From assembly GCA_002633005.1 (NCBI GenBank), contig NMRA01000365.1, positions 67,235 through 131,234 of the forward strand: a DNA stretch of 64,000 nucleotides, in the 5' to 3' direction. The translations under genes and the position numbers were made by a program. The notes under the pieces are model-generated. The model was given only the letters and a program-made list of their open reading frames with translations. It ran no database searches and had not been told where the DNA came from. This stretch comes from Phoronis australis. Its lineage: Eukaryota; Animalia; Phoronida. Positions 24,106-35,994 of the stretch are shown here, one piece after another (position 1 is the first letter of the stretch; the number at the start of each line of letters is the position of its first letter).

Positions 24106-27100
24106 ATGTTGAGCAGAACTTGGCGCTGTTATCGAATTCCAGTTACTCAAGCTCATTTAAGAACCGTATCATCAAGCTTTAAAAGCAAGATCAGTCTCGA
24201 TAACCTGTACCCAGACTCTACTGCTGATTATTCAAATTCTCCTGTTTTAACAAAGGTATACTTAAATGTTTTTGAAGCCCGGTAGTTTGTGATTCATAGC
24301 TCCTTACTCCTGGCTTATCCTAGGCAATTACATCGCCCTGGATGCACCGGCCAACCGAGGGACCACGTGTTGCCTTGGCTTATTCAGGCCGTAATCGCTG
24401 AAAAAAAATCCTGTATTGTGAAGTATTTTACCAGCTAGGCGTACTTAAAATCCTCTATCTGATCATGAGAATGTAGACTCCGGTGACCTAAAGTCGTGAA
24501 TATAAGCATGAAAAGCAGTTGATTGTCATGTTACCCAATATCCGTTAGCAACTGCTCATGTGGTGTTATGGACATGTATCAGCCTTCACAAATATATGTG
24601 TTTTTTGCAGTCTTAACCTGTGTTTGTCTCTGTATGCAGAGTTTTGAAAGGGCCGCTCATATCACCGGCCATTTTGAATGAGGCCCTAAAGTCGTGACCG
24701 CTTTGTTTAGACGGAAATGCACGAAGTAAGGCCACACAAATAAACTACAGTGCTTACAGTTACTCTGGACGACTTAAAAACGCATTGCATTGTTTATTAA
24801 TTCAGTTTCAATTGAAATGAATTGTTATGTGTATTGCACTCAATTCCGATGCGCACAGATGTTTTCAATGAGGATGTTTACGTAAAACGTTAAGAACCCA
24901 GCTTCAGTTATATCTCTGTATTTCATTACTTTGGCTTTACAAAACTTGATCGACCCTAATACATTTTTATGCATTGTTCAAGCTACTCCTGGAGCGTATA
25001 TTTGAGCAACTCTGAACGATGTATATTTTCGAAAATATTTTCTGAAAATGCACAAAGAAGTGGATTAGTGAAATATGATGTTTTTAAGATACATTTGAAA
25101 AAGCCACTCACTCACTGTTTATTATCATATTGTGAATATCAACATGTCCCGGTATTCGTTTGAAGTTCGTAAGCAGACCAATGCTGGAAGTTTCAACACT
25201 AGATGTCGCGGGACCGCGCTGAAGAGGAAATATGATCGTTCACGACTTTAGGGCACTCACGGCTTTAGGACCTCCGACGGTATAGAACTAGACAAGGCTA
25301 CAGGCACGTTATGTCGTTATTCAGTGGACGGAACTGCCAAAACTGGTTCTTTAAGTCAGTTAATGCTATATCGGACCGAATTCAGTGTATGAAACTGGTT
25401 CCCAAAATCAGGGACTGCTATATACGACCAGTACCCAAACAAAATTCCATTTCCGCAGCCTCGTGACCCCTCATGTCATGATGGGTCACTCCGGGTACTT
25501 TGATGTTTACGTAATAATATTGTGGAATGTGGATGTTACCTGTCCTTTTCACTACAATTTCCTTTCCCAGAAAACTTCTCAGGTATACACATGGTTCTTA
25601 GATTTTCAATTGGTAGGAGGCAATTTGACAAGTTTTGACAAAGAATGCCATGCCTTGTAAAAATAGCTTAGAAATAGTGTTGCAATTTTTCAAATATTTG
25701 TCTTGGATTTCTTTTAAAGTGTCTTTTCTATTTTAGGCAAATGAAGGTGTTGACAGTGATGAGTTCTCTGGATATATTCCAATAGGTAAGACTGGTTCAC
25801 CTGCAATAGAAGTTCACTACCAGTTTGTTGGTCTGGGGCACATCAGAGTTCACCAGTGCCCTAGTTCAATTCTCTTTCTCTCGTTTCCACCCACTTTGAT
25901 TTATTGAACCAGCCACTATACACTGCATTGTGCAAACCTACTCTCGCTTATGCGTTATTACATTCAGATTAATTAGCGAAGATTTCAACAAAGTCCACTA
26001 TTCAAGCATGTTATTTTAGTGAATATGCTCAGTCAGGTGAAGTTATCTTCAGTATGGACTGCGTTCAGAGGAATGTATTTTGTCTGATCTGGAAAAACAG
26101 AAGTGTCACTGTAAATTACTATCAGCTACACATTGTTGTTATGTGATGTAGCAAGAGTTCACATGGCCAATTCCATCAGGTTTTGTAAGTTCGAGAATGA
26201 ATTAGAGTTACAATATGATTCAGTATAGTAGAGTCTGACTAATATTAAATAATACACATCCACATTTTTTGGCATCTAAGTGACATCACTAAGCGTGCCT
26301 GTTCCAAGAAACTGACTTAAGTTCATTTTTGACTTAAGTCTAACATTTGTCTTAACTTCCATACTTTGAAACTTCCACATCCGGTCAGATAGGTAAAATT
26401 AAGGTAAAACATTTATAAAAAACTTTGTCTTAGCTAAGTCAGTTTTGTTGGATCGGGCCCCAGGTATTAATATATTACACTAACTCTGGGTGTGCAGTTA
26501 CTAGACAGTATATAATAAGATGAAGATCAGGTATTCAATATAGTACACTAACATGTTTCTGTTTCATATTCATCATAACCGTTATATGTATCATGTTTCA
26601 GAAAAACTCAGAATTACTTGTATTGTCTATAATTAGATGATCACTTTGCGATACAACAGCGACATACTGTAACATGGCTTGTTGCTAGATGGCGTTAGCG
26701 TACAGTACAGTGTTCTGCAGTCTTGTATGGAGTATTAATGCAGTGAGATTTCTCAGAATTTTTCTTGATTTTTTGCCACCATCATGCCATGAAATTTCCA
26801 CTTTTGTGAAATGTTTCCTGTTTCAGAAAAACTAGACATCAGTTATTCAAAAGGTAGTGGACCAGGTGGACAGCATGTTAATAAAGGTACGCAAGGTTAT
26901 AGTGCTGTTGTGCATTGTTATTCAAGGTGTAGCTTGTGTGTCAGGGTCAGTTCCATGTCAGATCAACATTTCTAGGCCGTGCAACATGACAATCCAGTTA
27001 ATAAGTCGTGCAGGCCATTTCAAGTATGTGATTTTGTATCTGAAATGAATTTCTTTTCATTTATAGTAGTAATGGAAACTAGACACTATTGTGGGTCCAA

Positions 27101-29233
27101 CTAGCGCCCATGCAACAATATGCCCCTTGTCAGGTCAGAATATTCTTTCCAACAATAAAAACTGCTCTGTTTTAAAATACTGAAATTTTTAAGTGGTTAG
27201 TTTGTGGTGGTGAGTGAGGGGAGAGAAATTTATCCCTCACAGGAAAAAAATTCTCCTTTTGTGAGACCCATGCACTTTCTGCCAAAGACAAGTGAAAGTA
27301 CAGTCACTGTGTCACTGTGGTGGTAAGATTAGCTAGAGGTTTTGGTAATATTCATGTGGATCCCTGATTTAAATGTGATTTGAGAACCAGTTACTCCGAT
27401 TGAATAATGCCTGTTATTGAATGGGAGTAACTGGTTCTCAAATCCTAGTACCTAGTTCCTAGTACCTAGTACCTATTTGACTGTTACTTAGATTTTTTGT
27501 TTTGCCATCCACGTCTTATAACATGTAGTCACTGAGATACAGGTGCTTTAACACAGATGTTTGACACGCTTTTTACAGTGAATACAAAAGTAGAAATCCG
27601 ATGCCACATCAACAGTGCTGACTGGATTCCTGAATGGATCAAACCAAAACTTATAGAACAGGTAATATTGGCACCACGTTCATTGATTGCAGATTTATTT
27701 GTTCTGCTTACATAGGCAACATGGAAACAACTGAGGACGCTATATGGTGGTCAAGTGAATTTCGTTTAGTATTTTTTCAAGAAAAAATGCACAGCTCTAA
27801 GTAGAAATGCTTTATTGCCTTTGAGTTGTGCATCATAGCTACTATCAGTTAACGTTTTGATGAATTGTGGGTATTCACATCAAAGGTAGAAAAATGAAAT
27901 TATCAATTTTTGCAAGTACTTTTGTCTGCAATTTTGAGATTTTTACTGTAAACTGTGCTAGTAAAGTGTTTAACTGTGGTATATTCTGTGATTTGTGTTT
28001 TTGCCATATGACTGCATTCTCGGTATTTCACCTGTATTGCAGACTGTAATGACTTTCCTTTGTCAAATTATTCTGAAAGCATTTTCAATGATCTTGAGAT
28101 TTGGTATCCAATTTCTTGGAATTTGTGTGGACATAATTGCCTCTATATTGTCAGCAAAGCCACAAAGTGACTAAAGATGGGGTTCTCATAGTAACATCTG
28201 ACAAAACGCGAAAGCAGTTGCTGAATCAGGCTGATTGTTTGGACAAACTAAGGACAATGGTGAGGCGGGCTGGTTACATATCTGTGGCCCCAACTGAGGA
28301 GGACATACAGCTGAGAGAGAAAAGGTGACACTTCTAAGCACATCTTGAATTTGTAATGTTAAGCTCTTGTTTATCAACTGTAATTGATGTCATGGCTGGT
28401 TCTTCACTGACAAGACTGCTTTTAGTCAACTTACCTTTCGTAAAAAACAAACTTTTGATTTTGGGTACTTCCATAACAAAGGTGTTCTTGATTTGCTGTA
28501 CTTAGCTTAGAAGTAATGTCTGGTCTTGGAAAGAGCTTAGAGCATGTTTTTAGCCGTGATCAGGCTCAACCATTTGGCTCGTAACAGCGAGTCATTTTAT
28601 GCAGCAGTCATGGTCTCAAGAACTTTCGAACTGCCAGTGCTTTCCTAGTATGGAAATCAATTCTCATGTAAGTGAGGAACAAGTCGATATCAATTCTAAA
28701 CCAGTACGTGATCTAAATAAAAAGTTAATTTCTTTGAGACCCGAAGACAAGGTTTATAGTTCGAGTAAGGTAAACAAAGCTTGGAGTTTACATTTGTGAA
28801 GTCAGTCATCTTAGTAGCGCTAGTTTGTCCTGTTGGTTTTACATGCTTTTTGTAAGGTAGAGCGTTTTAAAATATCACATAAAATTTCAGTACATTTTAT
28901 TATTCCACCTGTTGATATTATGGAATAGTGGAAGTGTACCATTTGTGGAGGAGTTGTTGGTAAACCCAGGATTGAACTGATCTTAAGGATGGTTTACTAG
29001 TCCACGATTGATTCAATCTTTCTCCGATCTTCACTAATCCTAAAAGAATATCCTGAGAAAAACTATACAACTTTGTGTTTGGTTTTCTTGAATTAATGGT
29101 GGTTGTATTTGATAGACTTCCTTTAATGGTTTGATGTTAATTTTTCAGGTTAGCTCGGAGAAAGAAACAGATATTAACTGAAAAAAGAAATCATTCATTG
29201 AAGAAAGCCAGTCGCAATGTCTCAGGTTACTGA
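24106..29233 (+). CDS. MRPL58: Mitochondrial peptidyl-tRNA hydrolase ICT1 / large ribosomal subunit protein mL62 (198 aa)
   Basis: Exons 24106-24255 (targeting peptide, FKSKISLDNLYPDS), 25737-25785 (FSGYIPI), 26827-26886 (SGPGGQHVNK, GGQ motif), 27579-27661 (VNTKVEIR...ADWIP), 28155-28324 (DGVLIVTSDKTRKQLLNQADCLDKL), 29149-29233 (basic tail EKRNHSLKK, TGA). Total 597 nt, all GT-AG and phase-consistent. Confidence 0.95.
24480..25282. mobile_element. Probable non-autonomous DNA transposon in ICT1 intron 1
   Basis: CCTAAAGTCGTGA near 24487 and 24685 is inverted as TCACGACTTTAGG near 25240. Confidence 0.4.
27377..27444. repeat. 68-bp palindromic hairpin / miniature MITE in ICT1 intron 3
   Basis: 21-bp perfect arms GATTTGAGAACCAGTTACTCC / GGAGTAACTGGTTCTCAAATC; degenerate relative at 43030-43091. 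Confidence 0.85.
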
Positions 29234-29540
29234 CATTTACTGCCTCAGCAGCAAATTAAAGTAGATAACTGAAGCCACACGACATGCATGGCAGCTGTAT
29301 ACTCTTATTGACTAGCTGTGATAGATGGTTGCACACAATGGAGAAGTTAGTGAGTCGTTGTAATGCAATGAACATTCACAGATGTGTTCAAAACCATGCT
29401 CTAGTTCACCATTACTCTCTTGCAACCCAAATACTGTATTGCGGACCATTCATAGGGAGTTCTACTGCCACGTCTTAGGTTAATACCGATTTACACGAAC
29501 CTGTTCAGTAAATGCAAAAAGTATCCAGACAAAATGATCC

Positions 29541-29706
29541 TGAATTCATGTCATGATGGCTGGGCGGAGCTGAATTCATGTAATGATGGCTGTACGGAGC
29601 TGAATTCATGTCATGATGACTGGGCGGAGCTGAATTCATGTCATGATGGCTGGGCGGAGCTGAATTCATGTAATGATGGCTGGGCGGAGCTGAATTCATC
29701 TGATGA
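29541..29706 (+). repeat. 30-bp minisatellite, about 5.5 copies
   Basis: Unit TGAATTCATGTCATGATGGCTGGGCGGAGC repeated with few substitutions. Confidence 0.95.
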
Positions 29707-30871
29707 CCGAGAATGAAGTGGAATTAACAAAGTCAGAAAGGTGTCTTGTAATTAGGATTTCATCACTGTAATAGTCATTACCAGCCATTTTTACTGTCAA
29801 CACAATTAGCCGTTATGCTGGGGGGCAAAATTTTGTCTGATTACTTTTGTGCTGTATTGTATTGACATTTCTTGACATTTATGTGCAAAGTCTTAGCAGT
29901 AAGTAGTTCAACATTCAGGCAGAAGCCTGTCAGGAAGGTGTATTACCCTCTTGATGTACAGTTACTGGAAGCAATTGGAAACTGGCCTTTTTTGTATGAT
30001 TCTGTTAAACATCAAAGCTCTATTTTGCCCCGTTAGCTGGCTAAAAACAAAATAAGACCTTTTACTATCATAAAATCGGTCTCGTAATATTTCTTACTGC
30101 AATAGAATTTCACTTCTGTTACCAACAAGGACATGAAAACCATCAGGGACTAAAGAAAACACTTCAGAGTTAATTGGGGACCACCAACCCTTTAAGTGGA
30201 ATTCAGAAATGGTGCTTGTACCCATTACCTGTGACTCGAGTTGGTATCAGAAAAAATATCATTGTTAAGGATGTTATAACACAGATTTTGTGAGAGTCTC
30301 AATTCGACTTTTGTTTAACCAACTAAGCAGGACCAAATGGAGCTTAAGTCTTTAAAAGATGTTAAATTCCCCTTGTAGAGGCTTTAAAAATGAGTTTAAT
30401 ACCTTGTGTTAGCATTTCTGTTTTTGTAAAATTGCACTCTGGGGTGTTCATTGAGTGTTCCGTGGGCAAATTGTTAATTGTAGACTTGCTTTATTTGTTT
30501 GTAGTTGGTGATAGTGTCATCCTGACTTTGCTGCTGTATGTTTCAGACCATGTGTTTCTTAATGTCAGTTTCATGGTGGTTATTGTAAGAGTGTTTTCAC
30601 GTGATTTTGTTGGAGATTTCACCAGCAATATCTGCTATTGAAAACACTACTACTCAACTTAATTTTGTTTTGGCATAAAAAAATAAATACAACACACTCC
30701 TAAGTGGTTTCAGACTATTGAATCATAGTGCTGGCATGCCAGATATATACTATCAGATGCTGTGGTATGTTTGATACAATGGCACCATTGCAAAACATGC
30801 TTTTAAATGAGTAACATGCTAAGTGGTAACATAGTAACAGACACGAGATACAATTATTGGGACTAACCACA

Positions 30872-32140
30872 TTAGCTGCACGATTGTCGAGACGTTCGCC
30901 TCACACCTCGTTGGTCTTCCAGTTGCGTTAATAATGATTCCATGTGAGTGATTGCAACATCGAGTGATATTCGCCTGGACATGTCCGAGTCGCAGAAGCC
31001 ATTGCCGACGAAGTGAAAGATGTCCATTTGCAAGCAACGTGAGGCCTTCAGTAGTATGTAGCCAAATGAATAAAGATCTGTTGATTTCGTTGAAAATCCG
31101 CCTTTTAAAATGAGGGGATCTAACTGAGGGTATTTCGTGCGACATTCTTCGAAGTTGAGTTCCTGCAGATCAATTTTTATACCTTTATTACCTTCCAGAA
31201 CGCACGCGTTGCCAAAATCGACAATGCAAGCTCGTAACCCTCTCTCTTTTAGAGCTATCAATATGTTGTTTTCCTTTAGGTCGTTTATTAGGATGTTTAT
31301 GCTGTGGACTTTTTTTATTTGTTTTGCAATTTGTAAAAATATATCCATCCATTCCCAAACGTCAAGTCGACTGAGCTGTCCGCGTCTTATGCGTTTACCA
31401 TCCTTTTTCAGCAGCGTTCCCAGTTCTAGACAAGAACACATTGAATGGTTACCGACAAACTCCATGAGAATTCCCCATTCAATGAATAGCTCCTCCCTCA
31501 CGGTTGGTAGCAAGCCGTAGATGATTGGTCCGACTTTTTGCTCGTTCAGGTGCATAAGAAAACGCGCTTCTCGTAAAATAGCCACGATGTCGTTGGGAAC
31601 GATTTTCAATGCATACAAATTGCCAGTGGAATCCTGTTTCAATAGGAATACATCTCCGGTTGAACCTTGGCCTAAAATAACTTGCCTTCCATTTTGTTCA
31701 ACAATGCTGAAACCAGTACTTTTCACGGTTTTGACGTAAGGGGGTAGTCCGGGAACACCCCAGTTTGCCATAGCGCTTTTCAAGGCAACTCTCTCAAGAA
31801 TAAAGCCTTCTTTGCTGCGGTAGAGCTGTAGTGGTTTCACCAAACGGCTGGATTGATATTGTGAACTTTTTAAGTTCACGACTCTTCGTGCAGAGTGCTT
31901 TTTCTGCTCAGCGAAGGACAAGGAAGCACTTGCCACCTCGGGCTTACGATCGTGTGGCGTTTGACTCGTGCTGTGCCGTCTGGATGAGCCTGTGTAAGCC
32001 CAACTTCGCCGCTGTTTCACTGCGTCGAAGTTAAAGCCTTTCAACTCCGTTGCTCTAATAGCAAATGTTCTTGGGGAGGTCGACCTGGTGCTGGAATTGC
32101 GACTGGACTTGGACGATGATTTCACGTACTCTGCGTACAT
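30872..32140 (-). CDS. Intronless atypical protein kinase (422 aa) with a Ser/Arg-rich N-terminus
   Basis: Single long ORF with AAAATG start and an in-frame stop upstream; LGQGSTGDVF (Gly loop), YALK, ILRE (helix C), ILINDLKENNILI (catalytic loop), IVDFG, YPQLDP (APE region), TDLYSFG. Confidence 0.85.
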   Translation of the reverse strand: MYAEYVKSSSKSSRNSSTRSTSPRTFAIRATELKGFNFDAVKQRRSWAYTGSSRRHSTSQTPHDRKPEVASASLSFAEQKKHSARRVVNLKSSQYQSSRLVKPLQLYRSKEGFILERVALKSAMANWGVPGLPPYVKTVKSTGFSIVEQNGRQVILGQGSTGDVFLLKQDSTGNLYALKIVPNDIVAILREARFLMHLNEQKVGPIIYGLLPTVREELFIEWGILMEFVGNHSMCSCLELGTLLKKDGKRIRRGQLSRLDVWEWMDIFLQIAKQIKKVHSINILINDLKENNILIALKERGLRACIVDFGNACVLEGNKGIKIDLQELNFEECRTKYPQLDPLILKGGFSTKSTDLYSFGYILLKASRCLQMDIFHFVGNGFCDSDMSRRISLDVAITHMESLLTQLEDQRGVRRTSRQSCS

Positions 32141-32834
32141 TTTTGCGCGACCAATCCACAGAAACTGGCAGAAGCCCCGACGTTCTCACACAGTTGTTTG
32201 ACGTCTACATAACAATTTCAATTGACAAACACTTTTCATCACGCAGTGTCATTTTCAAACACATGCTCATCCTGCACGTGGCTTGCAACATTATTGCCGC
32301 AGCTCACTCTCCAACTAAGCTTTTTACGTATAAAAATGTCAATACCGGTACACTTTACAATACGTCCTGATAAACTCGTCCTCTGGTGATTTGCTCGGCT
32401 ATATTTCAAGCAATCACGCCATTAAATTGACCCGTTTATCTCCCATCGAGAGCGAAGGCAGCAGTAATGGAGCGTCATTGCCTCCGAGTCCGTTAGTGCG
32501 GCATAAACAATACTTTTCTGTTTTCAACTCGTACTTTTCCGAGGTGATTTTATTCAAACTGTCGAGAAAGTATACGAAATGCCGTAGTTGCATATCGTCG
32601 GCATTTTGCAAGTCGGTCGTATTTGCTTGAATTTGGCCCCTTCTTGATTTTCATGCATTCGTGTGGGAAGTCCAGAATGCATCTGAGTTTGTGTGCTCAA
32701 GTATATTGTGGAAGAAGAGTTTTATTGAAGTATAATTTACGTACGACGTTTATGTATATAGAGTCTAAACAGACTCGGGCCAAAACTTAGACTGGGTTCA
32801 AGTCTCATTTAGACTAGTTAAGTTACGACTCACT

Positions 32835-34708
32835 CTCCTGGTCTTTCATCCTCAAGGCATTATCATATTTTAACTTTGGCCCAAGGTTCATTGACACGGT
32901 CAAAACACTATACAACAAATCTTGTCCCTGTGTTCTCCAACATGGAATTTTCTCTGAATGTTTTGAAATGGGGAGAGACTGTCGTCAAGGAGACCCCATT
33001 TGTCCTTACTTTTTTATTATGTGTAGAAATATTGGGTAATATAATTCGTCGGGATGGTGGCATCACTGGGGTCAGGATAGGTGTTTCTGAGTTTAAATTG
33101 ATACAGTACGCTGACGACACTTGTTTAATTTTGGACGGTTCTGAGTTGTCTCATGGATCATCTTTGAATTTAATTGACCAATTTGCGAAATTTTCTGGTT
33201 TGAAGCCAAACATCGAGAAAACAAGATGTGTTTGGATTGGTTCAAAAAAAGACTCTCACGAAAAACTTTGTGTCAATGAGAACCTGTTATGGACTAACAA
33301 ACCTTTCATGATTTTGGGAATAAACTTCTCCACTGATTATAATACAATGCCGGGAATTAACTATAGTTGCCGGTTTTTGGAAATTAAGAAAGTGGTGGGC
33401 TCTTGGTCAAGACGAATTCTTACTGTTTTAGGTAAAATAACCGTGGTTAAGACACTTTTATTGCCCAAGATTGTTCATTTGCTTCAATCCCTCCCTAGCC
33501 CCTCCATTGACATGATTCAAGAATTAGAGCGAGTTTTTTTGGCTTCATTTGGAATGGGAAGAATGACAGAGTTCCAAAATCAGGATCATGGTGGTCTAAA
33601 AATGGTTCATGTTAGTTTTTTTATTAAGTCTTTGAAAATATCGTGGCTTCGTAAACTATTCACCTCAAATACCATACGTGACCTTGCAGAGGCAGTTTTG
33701 GGCTGTAAAGTTGATAACTTTTTTCAAAATGGGAGACGCTTTCCTTAAAAAAATAGCTGAAGGCACTGACAATCTTTTCGATGTTGTGCTCCTGTTTCAA
33801 ATGTGTGACAAAAATGAAAATATTATTTACTTTCCCGTGTGGTATAATTCAAAGATTAATGCTGAAGGTTCTTTTATGTCATACGAACAACTCTGTAATA
33901 GTTATAACTTTCAACCTCCAATACTAGAATTCTATGGATTAAGAAGTGCAACCTTTGCGGCGCACAGGGGCCTTAAGAATAGACAAGACAATATCTTTTT
34001 ACCAAATTTTCCAAGTAATATGTATAAAATTTTACATAATAAATCACAAGCGGTAAATATTTATGGCACTTTGGTACAGTCACTTCAGACAGCTTGTAAG
34101 AATAAAAACAAGTGGTCATCTGAGATAGATATAGACGGTGTTATAAATAACATAAATTTTAGTGACTCTGATACATGGTGGAGAAAAGTAAATAAACTCC
34201 CCTTCAATTGTACAAAAGATACAAAATTGCGGTGGTTTCAATACCGCTTAATTCACAGAATATTGCCAACTAATAGTTGTTTACATAAAATTAAAATAAA
34301 AACAAGTGATTTATGCTCTTTCTGTGGTGAACACAGTGAAACTTTTCTCCATCTGTTTTGGGAATGTCGTCTTGTCTCCGGTTTCTGGCTCCTGTTTGCT
34401 GATTGGTTAAGACAAACATATCATGTAAATTTCCATGTGGACAAGATAGCAGTGTTTTTTGGGAAACATTCAGTCAGAAAAATGTAATATTAATTTGTTG
34501 ATCATGCTAGCAAAACATTCCATATTTAGTCAAAAGTTTGTTAAAAAAAATCTTAACATCGAATTGTTCATTAACTTTATTAAATTACATCCTGAAGGAA
34601 ATACGGTACTTGTTGAGTAATGATTTAATGTTATTTAAACGATGTATAGTATATTGTTCTATATGACTTGTAATTATCATGCTAGAGCAAAATAAAAATA
34701 TGAAAAAA
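32835..34708 (+). mobile_element. 5'-truncated L1/Tx1-clade LINE (RT C-terminus plus zf-RVT) with 15-bp target-site duplication
   Basis: CRQGDP, IQYADDT, SGLKPNIEKT, GKITVVKTLLLPK, GGLKM, KLRWFQYRLIHRILPTN, CSFCGEHSETFLHLFWEC with a few frameshifts; AATAAA and A-tail; AAGTTACGACTCACT at 32820-32834 and 34709-34723. Confidence 0.93.
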
Positions 34709-35036
34709 AAGTTACGACTCACTGGTTAAGCTATGAATTTAAGTCATAACTCGAAATCTGCCGTTTGTAGAGGGAATTTGAAGTTCATCGTTGGCCAATT
34801 GGACTAGAAACTCTGTCTCCGGAAACAATGCACTCGAACACCCATAAAACGCTAACCGAGGTACTAAAGTAGAACAGATAATGCCCAACATAATCTGAGA
34901 TGGAATCGAGTTCAGTGATTCGACCCTGGCGATCCAACGCACATAAAACCGCCATAAAACTTGACTGAAAAAAAGGGAACCATAGGTCAACCATTTGTGT
35001 CAACTATCGAAATTGCGAGTCAATAGTTTTCATGCA

Positions 35037-35994
35037 CACGATTGACAATCATAATTTATAAGCAACATTTATTTTATTTAGCAGTTAGCAGACGTGTTCA
35101 CATTATTTTGCACTCCATAGACGTATAATTATCACATTCACTAAAAGCATTGGGGGCTCCAAGGTTCTTCAGCAATAAGATAAAGTAAAATTCACAAAAC
35201 TTCCGTAGGTCACCAGTGGTACATTAAAACCCAGTCCATCCAGAGGCCTGCTGACTACTTGAACAAATTGATAATAAATATATATTTGCAGTACAGAAAT
35301 GTCAAATAATTTTCTTCAAAATCACCGAATAGTTGATTACATTTTCTTTTTTTACGATGCCACTCGATCAGCACACATGCTGCACGGCAACTCAGTGGAC
35401 GATGCAAACTGGTTGGCCAATCATAACAGTCAGCTCGTACACAACCAATGCTCTTTTGTGACCTCTACGTTTAATATCACTCGATATTACGTCTGTAGTC
35501 CAGAGGAAGCTCAGTCACGAAGGCACGATTGACAATCGTAGCAACATTTATTTTATTTAGCAATTAGCAGACGTGTTCACATTATTTTGCACTACATAGA
35601 CGTATAATTATCACATTCACTAAAAGGATTTGGGGCTCCAAGGTTCTTCAGCATTAAGATAAGTAAAAATCACAAAGCTTCCGCAGGTCACCAGTGGTAC
35701 ATTAAAACCCAGTCCATCCAGAGGCCGGTTGACTACGTGAACAAATTGATAATACAGATATATATTCGCAGTGCAGAAATGTAGCCAGTCAAATGATTTT
35801 CTTCTAAGTCGCTGAATAGTTCACTACATTTTCTTTTTTTACGATACCAATCGATCAGCACACATGCTGCACTCGGTGGACGATGCAAACTGGTTGGCCA
35901 ATCATAACAGTCAGCTCGTACGCAACCAATGCTCCTGTGTGACCTCTACGTTTATATTACGTCAGTAGCCCTGAGGACGCTCAGTCACGAAGGC
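35037..35994. repeat. Tandem duplication (~480 bp x2) of the RLR 3' end and 3' UTR
   Basis: 35037-35523 and 35524-35994 are highly similar; both end in TCAGTCACGAAGG, which contains the RLR stop codon on the minus strand. Confidence 0.92.

Noticed and set aside
31137-32034. Plus-strand ORFs antisense to the kinase (and similar ones over the RLR exon at 44447-45115)
   Set aside because: Shadow ORFs of a coding strand with no independent motifs.
32414-32611. Small ORF upstream of the kinase as an extra exon or RLR-kinase fusion link
   Set aside because: An in-frame stop precedes the kinase ATG and no convincing splice sites connect them.
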